From contig JBIIPZ010000061.1 of assembly GCA_044342325.1 (NCBI GenBank), forward strand, positions 1-13,097: a stretch of 13,097 bases of DNA. Direction: 5' to 3'. This stretch comes from Terrimicrobiaceae bacterium. GTDB taxonomy: Bacteria > Verrucomicrobiota > Verrucomicrobiia > Chthoniobacterales > Terrimicrobiaceae. This document shows, piece by piece, positions 6,708-13,097 of the stretch. Under the pieces are notes generated by a model. It had not been told where the DNA came from. It did no database searches and saw only the letters and a list, made by a program, of their open reading frames with translations. The position numbers and the translations under genes were made by a program. Within the stretch, counting starts at the first letter, position 1. Every line of letters starts with the position of its first letter.

Positions 6708-9700
6708 ATGTCATTCGTTCACCTGCATTGCCACTCCGAGTTTTCCCTTCTGGACGGAGCTGTGCGGTTGGATGAATTGGTAAAAAAAGCGGCGGGATTC
6801 GGGATGCCGGCCGTGGCCGTGACGGATCACGGCAACCTGCATGCGGCGGTGCCGTTTTATCAGCAAGCTGAGAAGAAAGGGATCAAGCCGATCATCGGAT
6901 GCGAGATGTATGTCGCACCGGGCTCGATGACCGATAAGAGCGGCTCCTCTGCGAAGGATGCCGCATTTCATCTCACGCTGTTGGCGACAAACGACGAAGG
7001 TTACCGGAATCTCGTGAAGCTCTCCACGGCTGGGTATCTCGAGGGCTTTTACTACAAACCCCGCGTAGACAGAGAGCGTTTGGCCGCGCATTCGAAAGGC
7101 ATTATCGCCCTCAGTGGCTGCCTGAAGGGCGAGGTCGCGACGCTATTGCAATCGGGACGCTTCGACGAGGCGCAGGCGACGGCGGCGGCCTATCGGGAAA
7201 TTTTCGGCGCAGAGAACTACTTCATCGAACTCCACGATTTCGGCCTTGATGCGCAGCGGCGAATCAATCCCGACCTGGTGAAAATCGCGCGCAACCTCGA
7301 TCTCGGCTTGGTTGCCGCGAACGATGTCCACTTTCTGGAGAAGTCGCACCACGAAGCCCACGATGTGCTCATCTGCATCGGCACCGCATCGAATGTTGTG
7401 GATGAAAGGCGCATGCGCTACAGCCCCGAACTGTATTTCAAATCCCCCGAGGAGATGCGCGCCCTTTTCGCCGAGCTTCCCGAGGCGTGCGACAACACCC
7501 TACGCATTGCCGAGAGATGTGATTTCAAGATGGAATTCGGCAAACCGAAATACCCGAATTTCGACTCGCCCGACACGCGCAGCCGCGAGCAATACCTGCG
7601 CGATCTCTGCCATGAGGGTCTCCGCAAGCGGTTTGGCGAACGGGTGGATACCGATGCCGAGCTGAACAAGCGCCTCGATTACGAACTCTCGGTGATCGAG
7701 AAAACAGGATTCATCAGCTACTTTTTGATCGTCTGGGATTTCATCCGCCATGCGAAAGACAGCGGTATTCCCGTGGGCCCGGGGCGCGGCTCGGCGGCAG
7801 GCTCCCTCATCGCGTATGTGCTGGGAATCACGGATATCGACCCTCTCCGCTATGGACTGATTTTTGAAAGGTTCCTGAACCCCGAGCGCGTCAGCCCGCC
7901 GGATATCGATGTGGACTTCTGCATGGAACGCCGAGGCGAAGTCATCGAGTATGTGCGCCAAAAATACGGCGAACGAGCGGTGTCGCAGATCGTCACCTTC
8001 GGCACGCTGGGCGCGAAGAGCGTGATCCGCGATGTCGCCCGCGTGCTGGGCTGGAGCTACTCGGACGGCGACCGCGTGGCAAAGATGATCCCGAACGAGC
8101 TGAATATCGACCTCGAGAAGGCCCGCGAAAAGAACCCCGAACTCGACACAGCCATCGAAAACGAAGCGCCCGTTCGCCAACTCTGGGACTACGCCACCGT
8201 GCTCGAGGGCCTGAGCCGCAATACCGGCATCCACGCCGCCGGCGTCGTCATCGGCGATCGTCCGCTCGATGAATTCATTCCCCTCTGCCGAGGCAAGGAA
8301 AACGAAGTCGTCACGCAATACGCCATGGGCCCGCTCACCGATCTGGGAATGCTCAAGATGGACTTCCTCGGCCTGCGCACGCTCACGATCATGCAGGAGG
8401 CGGTGCGTCTGATCCACGCGAAGGTGCCGGACTTTAACATCGACCTCATCCCCAGCGACGACAAAACCTCCTTTGATATCTACAACCGGGGCGAAACACT
8501 CGGCGTCTTCCAGATGGAAAGCGGCGGCATCACGAATTGCTGCAAGCGCTTTGATGTCGGCTGCATCGAGGACATCATCGCCATCGGCGCGCTTTATCGG
8601 CCAGGCCCGATGCAGTTCATCGACGACTACATCGAGCGCAAAAAGGGCATCAAAAAGGTGGAATACCTGCATCCGCTCCTCGAAAAGGTCTGCTCCGAGA
8701 CGCACGGCATCATTGTCTATCAAGAGCAGGTGCAGATGGCTGCGAGCGTGCTTGCGGGCTACTCGCTCGGCGAGGCCGATTTGCTCCGCCGCGCGATGGG
8801 CAAGAAGGATGCCGAGAAGATGGAAAAGGAGCGCAAACGCTTCGTCGAAGGCTGCGGCACACACAACAACATTCCTCCCAAGGTCGCCGATGCCATCTTC
8901 GGCTTCATCGAAAAATTCGCGCAATACGGCTTCAACAAATCCCACAGCGCCGCCTATGGCTGGATTTCCTACCAGACCGCCTACCTCAAGGCCCACTTCC
9001 CGCGTGAGTTCATGTCCGCCATGCTCACCTTCGACGCCAACGATACCGACCGCCTGGCCGTTGTCATCGCCGAGTGCCGCCGCATGGAGATTCCCGTGCT
9101 GCCGCCAGACATCAACGCCAGTGCGCTGAAGTTCGCACCCGAGACCGACGGCCCAGGAATTCGCTTCGGGCTGGCATCCATAAAAAATGTAGGTGCGGGC
9201 GCGATGGAGTCCGCCATTGCCGAGAGGGAAAAAAACGGCGCCTTCCGCACGCTGGAGAATTTCTGCTCTCGCCTCGATTCCCGCACGGTGAACCGCAAAA
9301 TTCTCGAGAGCCTTGTGAAATGCGGCGCCTTCGACTGCCTCGACAAAAACCGAGCCGCACTCTTCGCCGAGATCGAATCCTCCATGGCCGCCGCCGCCTC
9401 ACTCCAGCGCGACCGCGCGAGCGGACAGTTCTCACTCTTTGGAGACACCCCACTCACACCGCCGAAAAAATCCTCCAGTGCAGCAAGGATCGAGCCTTGG
9501 AGCAATTTGGACACCCTCAAGCACGAGAAGGAACTCCTCGGCTACTATGTGAGCGGACACCCCCTCGACAGCTACGCAGGGAATTTTGACTCGGGAAAAT
9601 ACAACACCATAGCCCAAGCCCGCGAAGCTACCGAGCCCGGCACATTCAAGCTCGCGGGACTGATCATGTCCGTCGAGAAGCGCTTTTCCAAAAAGGACGG

Positions 9701-10115
9701 GAAGCCCTTCGGCATCCTCATCCTCGAAGACTTCACCGGCTCGCTGGAAATCACCGCCTGGGATGAAACCTTCTCCAAAAACGCCGCGCTTTTCGTCGCC
9801 GGCACAGCGGTGTCCATCAACACACGCATAACCCGCCGCGACGAGGCCATCCGCGCCACAGCGGGAGCCACAGTCGCACTAAAAGAAAAAACCTCCGTCC
9901 GCCCCGTCCGACTCCGCCTCGCCCACGAGCGCCTTGATGAAGCCGCCCTGCAAAAAATCCTCGCCGCCGTGAAAGCCAATCCCGGTCCTCGTCCCCTCAT
10001 CCTCGAGTTCGTGCGCCCCAACGGCCGCTCACTCGACATGCCCGCCGGCGAAGAATTCGACATCGGCGACGAACGCGCCTTGATCTCCGCCGTGAACGGA
10101 CTGGTTGTTACCTGA
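6708..10115 (+). CDS. dnaE: DNA polymerase III alpha subunit (DnaE1 type)
   Basis: MSFVHLHCHSEFSLLDG PHP start; GPGRGSAAGS; PDIDVDF; GIHAAG; KMDFLGL; ALYRPGP; YGFNKSH; clamp motif QFSLF; OB fold and C-terminal domain. 1135 aa from ATG 6708. Confidence 0.99.
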   Translation: MSFVHLHCHSEFSLLDGAVRLDELVKKAAGFGMPAVAVTDHGNLHAAVPFYQQAEKKGIKPIIGCEMYVAPGSMTDKSGSSAKDAAFHLTLLATNDEGYRNLVKLSTAGYLEGFYYKPRVDRERLAAHSKGIIALSGCLKGEVATLLQSGRFDEAQATAAAYREIFGAENYFIELHDFGLDAQRRINPDLVKIARNLDLGLVAANDVHFLEKSHHEAHDVLICIGTASNVVDERRMRYSPELYFKSPEEMRALFAELPEACDNTLRIAERCDFKMEFGKPKYPNFDSPDTRSREQYLRDLCHEGLRKRFGERVDTDAELNKRLDYELSVIEKTGFISYFLIVWDFIRHAKDSGIPVGPGRGSAAGSLIAYVLGITDIDPLRYGLIFERFLNPERVSPPDIDVDFCMERRGEVIEYVRQKYGERAVSQIVTFGTLGAKSVIRDVARVLGWSYSDGDRVAKMIPNELNIDLEKAREKNPELDTAIENEAPVRQLWDYATVLEGLSRNTGIHAAGVVIGDRPLDEFIPLCRGKENEVVTQYAMGPLTDLGMLKMDFLGLRTLTIMQEAVRLIHAKVPDFNIDLIPSDDKTSFDIYNRGETLGVFQMESGGITNCCKRFDVGCIEDIIAIGALYRPGPMQFIDDYIERKKGIKKVEYLHPLLEKVCSETHGIIVYQEQVQMAASVLAGYSLGEADLLRRAMGKKDAEKMEKERKRFVEGCGTHNNIPPKVADAIFGFIEKFAQYGFNKSHSAAYGWISYQTAYLKAHFPREFMSAMLTFDANDTDRLAVVIAECRRMEIPVLPPDINASALKFAPETDGPGIRFGLASIKNVGAGAMESAIAEREKNGAFRTLENFCSRLDSRTVNRKILESLVKCGAFDCLDKNRAALFAEIESSMAAAASLQRDRASGQFSLFGDTPLTPPKKSSSAARIEPWSNLDTLKHEKELLGYYVSGHPLDSYAGNFDSGKYNTIAQAREATEPGTFKLAGLIMSVEKRFSKKDGKPFGILILEDFTGSLEITAWDETFSKNAALFVAGTAVSINTRITRRDEAIRATAGATVALKEKTSVRPVRLRLAHERLDEAALQKILAAVKANPGPRPLILEFVRPNGRSLDMPAGEEFDIGDERALISAVNGLVVT

Positions 10116-10129
10116 ACAGGCATCAGGCG

Positions 10130-10303
10130 ATGTCGCAGCACATGACTTGGCAGCAGCGTCTCCGGAACGACATCAGCTCACCTTTCTTGTGCTTTTTCGT
10201 GCTGCAGGCAGCTTTCCTGCTCTTCTGTGTATTACACCCTGTGGCTGAGATCGGAATGTTCGATACCATTCACCAGATTGGTTCCTGGTTTATCCTTTTC
10301 TGA
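10130..10303 (+). CDS. Small hydrophobic ORF (57 aa), hypothetical membrane peptide or gene remnant
   Basis: Manual translation MSQHMTWQQRLRNDISSPFLCFFVLQAAFLLFCVLHPVAEIGMFDTIHQIGSWFILF*. It starts 14 nt after the dnaE stop and is below the ORF-track cut-off. Confidence 0.4.
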   Translation: MSQHMTWQQRLRNDISSPFLCFFVLQAAFLLFCVLHPVAEIGMFDTIHQIGSWFILF

Positions 10304-10443
10304 GGGGTCAGGAATTAATTATTGACCCGATCTTGTGATTGAACCTACCTCGCGCCATACCGAGACTTGCAGGCGTGAAACAAGAAAATCATGTCAATAA
10401 TTTATGCCCGACCCTTTTTCATCAATATTTTATGCCTGACCCC
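10304..10443. repeat. REP/MITE-like element: three 23-nt repeats, one inverted relative to two tandem copies
   Basis: GGGGTCAGGAATTAATTATTGAC (10304-10326). Its reverse complement matches GTCAATAATTTATGCCCGACCCT (10393-10415) and ATCAATATTTTATGCCTGACCCC (10421-10443) at 19/23 each. Confidence 0.8.
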
Positions 10444-10470
10444 TTTTATTCCCACGCGCAAATATGTCTC

Positions 10471-10509
10471 AAGAAAGGCCCTCGCCCACCGCAAGCAGCG
10501 GATGGGCGA
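10471..10509 (-). terminator. Probable intrinsic terminator of the minus-strand sugar operon
   Basis: TCGCCCA-CCGC-aagca-GCGG-a-TGGGCGA hairpin (10482-10509) 14 nt past the oxidoreductase stop. The minus-strand tail TTTCTT is short and offset from the stem. Confidence 0.55.
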
Positions 10510-10523
10510 TATGAGGGTTCGAA

Positions 10524-11636
10524 CTAAAGACGGCCTTTGATCAATCCGAGCGGAAGCGGTTCGGGCTGCGGCGGGTTGGATGCTATGGAAACGTGCTTCT
10601 TGAGGTCTGAAGACTTTTCAAAGGCATGCATGACTTCCAGCACGTGGTAAGCGAGCGCCCCGCTGCTGCGGTGGCTGCTCTTTCTGCTGTCATCAAGGAT
10701 CGCGTAGGCCATGTCAGCGGCTCCGATGCTGCGGCTGTTCTCGCTATACGGATGGCTCAGAGCCTGATTACGCCACTCGCCGGTAGTCTGTGTCCAAATC
10801 TCCAACGGACCGCCGAAGGTATTCGGATCCGGCACCTTCAACGAGCCTTCGCTGCCATAAAGCTCGATCGGGCTGTGCCCGTGGCCGTGCACATCGAATG
10901 AGATTGTCACCGTCACAATGGCTCCCGAATGAAACACGAGCGTGCCTGAGGAGTGGGTCGGAACGGAAACGGGGAGCATCTTTCCGAACTGCTCCTTGCA
11001 GGTGGCGATTCGTTCCTCGAAGGCGCGCGTGGTCACACCACTGACCTCCTTCACCGGTCCCAGAAGATGAACCAGTGCTGTGATGTAATAAGGGCCCATG
11101 TCGAACATGGGGCCGCCTCCAACCTCGTAGAAAAATGCGGGGTTCGGGTGCCAAGATTCCGGGCCGCGGGACATCATGAACGCCGTGCCGCTGAAAACTT
11201 TTCCGATCCATCCGTCGTCCACCATTTTCCGTGCGGTCTGGAGTCCGGCTCCGAGAAAGGTGTCCGGTGCGCAGCCCACGAGCAGCCCCTTTTCCCCGGC
11301 AAGGTCGATCACTTTTTTGGCATCCTCGAGATGGACCGCCAGCGGTTTTTCGCAATGCACATGCTTGCCGGCATTGAGCGCTGCAAGGCTGACCTCAGCA
11401 TGGACTGCAGGGATGGTGAGGTTGACGACCAAATCCACGTCGGGATTCGCCAACAACTCGTCCACCGTCTGGGCCACGCAGCCGTTTTCTGCGGCCTTGG
11501 CCTTGGCGGCTTCTGGGTTGAGATCGGCGCAGGCGACCACTTCGAGGACTTCGAAAAGTTTAGCCCCGTTGAAGTAGGCTTGGGAAATGTTTCCGCAACC
11601 GATAATGCCGACGCGGACTTTGGATTTGTTTTGCAT
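10524..11636 (-). CDS. Gfo/Idh/MocA family NAD(P)-dependent oxidoreductase
   Basis: Rossmann motif VGIIGCGNIS, GKHVHCEKPLA, GGGPMFDMGPYY. 370 aa. SD-like AAGGA upstream. Confidence 0.94.
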   Translation of the reverse strand: MQNKSKVRVGIIGCGNISQAYFNGAKLFEVLEVVACADLNPEAAKAKAAENGCVAQTVDELLANPDVDLVVNLTIPAVHAEVSLAALNAGKHVHCEKPLAVHLEDAKKVIDLAGEKGLLVGCAPDTFLGAGLQTARKMVDDGWIGKVFSGTAFMMSRGPESWHPNPAFFYEVGGGPMFDMGPYYITALVHLLGPVKEVSGVTTRAFEERIATCKEQFGKMLPVSVPTHSSGTLVFHSGAIVTVTISFDVHGHGHSPIELYGSEGSLKVPDPNTFGGPLEIWTQTTGEWRNQALSHPYSENSRSIGAADMAYAILDDSRKSSHRSSGALAYHVLEVMHAFEKSSDLKKHVSIASNPPQPEPLPLGLIKGRL

Positions 11637-11645
11637 GGTTTGTCC

Positions 11646-12461
11646 TTATTTGTTGCTGCGGGCGATGCCGGTGCTCGTGAGGTAATGGTAGCTTTCCTGA
11701 ATAGCCTTCACCATGTCGCCGGTGTAGCTGTCGAGTTCGACGGCGATGTATTTCGCGTAGGTTGCGGCTTTCGAGGCTGCTTGCAGGTCCACCTGGCCGG
11801 TGCCTGCCGGAAGGAAGGGTGAGGAATTGCTGACCATGATTTTGCCGCTCTCCGTCTCGGCCTCAGTGAAGGTGTCGGAGGCGCTGATGACTCCATCCTT
11901 GAAATGGAGCACCTTGCCGCGCGGGCCGATCTCATTGATGAAGGCGACGGGATCGAGCCCGGCCTTCGCGACCCAAAAGACGTCCGCTTCCCATAGGACG
12001 GTATCCGGCGTGTTCTCCAGAAAAATCCGGTAGCCTGGCGTTCCGTCGACATCGATCAGGTCCCAGTCGTGGTTATGATACCCGACCTGGAGTCCATGGG
12101 CGGCGGCGTTTGCAGCCGCTTCGCAATAAAGTTCCGCAATGGCCTTGACCGCATCAGACGATGAGAAATTCGCCTTAAAATCAGGCGGACAGCCGGTGAT
12201 GATCGCTTCGTGCCCGAGAAGCAGTGCCTCCTCGATCACAGCATTCTTTTGGTCGCCCACCGGCAGAGCGCCGTGGCAGGTTGGCGCCTTGAGGCCGAGT
12301 TCTTGGAATAGCTTTGCGGCCTTCGCTGCGGATGAGCCTGGATACCCCGCCGGTTCGACGCAGCCGAATCCCATGGCGGCAATGGCACGGATCGTGCCTT
12401 CGTAGTCGGCGGCAGCTTGGTCGCGGACGCTGTAAAGTTGAACGGTAATTTGTGGAATCAT
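11646..12461 (-). CDS. Sugar phosphate isomerase/epimerase, xylose-isomerase-like TIM barrel (AP_endonuc_2)
   Basis: VQLYSVRD, GFGCVE, GYHNH, EADVFW, LHFKD and VELD motifs. 9 nt from the oxidoreductase, so probably co-transcribed. Confidence 0.92.
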   Translation of the reverse strand: MIPQITVQLYSVRDQAAADYEGTIRAIAAMGFGCVEPAGYPGSSAAKAAKLFQELGLKAPTCHGALPVGDQKNAVIEEALLLGHEAIITGCPPDFKANFSSSDAVKAIAELYCEAAANAAAHGLQVGYHNHDWDLIDVDGTPGYRIFLENTPDTVLWEADVFWVAKAGLDPVAFINEIGPRGKVLHFKDGVISASDTFTEAETESGKIMVSNSSPFLPAGTGQVDLQAASKAATYAKYIAVELDSYTGDMVKAIQESYHYLTSTGIARSNK

Positions 12462-12558
12462 GCTGGGTTGTATTGTAGGAAGTTGATGAAAACAGGTCTG
12501 GCTTGGTGCGAGATCCTCACAATATCAGAATCTGACCGGGAGAAAATTGACAAAACCT

Positions 12559-13097
12559 ATGATTAATGGTGCTGGAGTGAAGACGGCCTTGGAGAGCGTG
12601 GGCCACTATATCAGCGGGCCTGGCGGGGCTGACAGGCCTTTGGTCGTTCCCGAGAATTTTCTGCTGTTCGAGCTGATCACCGAAGGGGCGGTTTATTCGC
12701 CTGGCGGAAACGATCTCCATGGCGTGGGAGCTGTATTCGCCCACAACACCGGTCAATCCACTGTCAGTCGAACGCCGGGGGATGGACACTACGCCTGTAT
12801 GACCGTGCGCTACAGTTTGGATCGGCTGTCGCAGCTGTTTGCCTGGCCGCGTGTTTTCCAGTGGGCGGTCGTAAGCCAGGCGTTGCGGTTTTCGGAGGAG
12901 ATTCTCTTCGCATTTCACCATACCGATCATGATCACGGAGTGCTTGGCGAACTGATCTGGAGCCAATTCCGTTTCCGGTTGGAGGAATTCCAGCGGAGCG
13001 TAAAGCACCGGTCGATTCCTCCGCTCGTGGCGAACGTGATGAGCCACATGGACCGCCACTACGCCGAACCGCTCGGCGTGGAGGATCTGGCCGCGCG
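12559..13097 (+). CDS. AraC family transcriptional regulator (3' end outside window)
   Basis: Open frame absent from the ORF track: MINGAGVKTALESVGHYISG...LFELITEGAVY...IPPLVANVMSHMDRHYAEPLGVEDLAA. The end matches the start of an AraC HTH domain, and it is divergent from the sugar operon. The start could be GTG 12577. Confidence 0.85.
   Translation, partial: MINGAGVKTALESVGHYISGPGGADRPLVVPENFLLFELITEGAVYSPGGNDLHGVGAVFAHNTGQSTVSRTPGDGHYACMTVRYSLDRLSQLFAWPRVFQWAVVSQALRFSEEILFAFHHTDHDHGVLGELIWSQFRFRLEEFQRSVKHRSIPPLVANVMSHMDRHYAEPLGVEDLAA

Noticed and set aside
7500..8996. 498-aa antisense ORF inside dnaE (likewise 10953-11822 and other shadow ORFs)
   Set aside because: Stop-poor antisense frame expected from high-GC codon usage, with no recognisable motifs.
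6708..10115. Intein or split dnaE
   Set aside because: Normal length and contiguous motifs, with no C...HN intein boundaries seen.
10304..10443. Mini CRISPR array
   Set aside because: Repeats are in mixed orientation, the tandem copies are only 5 nt apart, and no cas genes are in the window.
10339..10527. 62-aa ORF across the repeat element
   Set aside because: TTG start with no SD, runs through the repeats and terminator, and has no protein-like features.
12547..12575. Perfect TTGACA upstream of the AraC gene as a -35 box
   Set aside because: No acceptable -10 hexamer at 16-18 nt spacing, so no promoter was called.
12517..13059. 180-aa minus-strand ORF
   Set aside because: Shadow of the + strand AraC gene, which has a recognisable motif and fits the divergent layout.

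Overview
GC-rich bacterial chromosomal window. Gene content suggests PVC/Verrucomicrobiota, but this is inference only. In order: 3' end of rplM, then rpsI and a bidirectional terminator; a convergent EpsI-family exosortase-associated gene; a tandem GYF_2-like/coiled-coil gene; a tightly packed operon for three exported proteins (an active Deg/HtrA protease, a paralogue lacking the catalytic His and Asp, and an SNase-ComEA-HhH nuclease); a small two-gene unit; dnaE; a small hydrophobic ORF next to a REP/MITE-like inverted-repeat cluster; a Gfo/Idh/MocA plus sugar-phosphate-isomerase pair; and a divergent AraC regulator cut by the window edge. The most interesting candidate is the two-gene unit at about 5980-6641. 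It has a Cys-rich exported leader ending in PEPATPPPR (CutF/CruR-like arrest-peptide architecture), mutually exclusive RNA stems, and a 51-aa signal-peptide protein whose 30-aa mature part has 9 Cys (metallothionein-like), closed by a terminator. This looks like a metal-sensing, ribosome-stalling switch controlling an exported metallothionein-like peptide.
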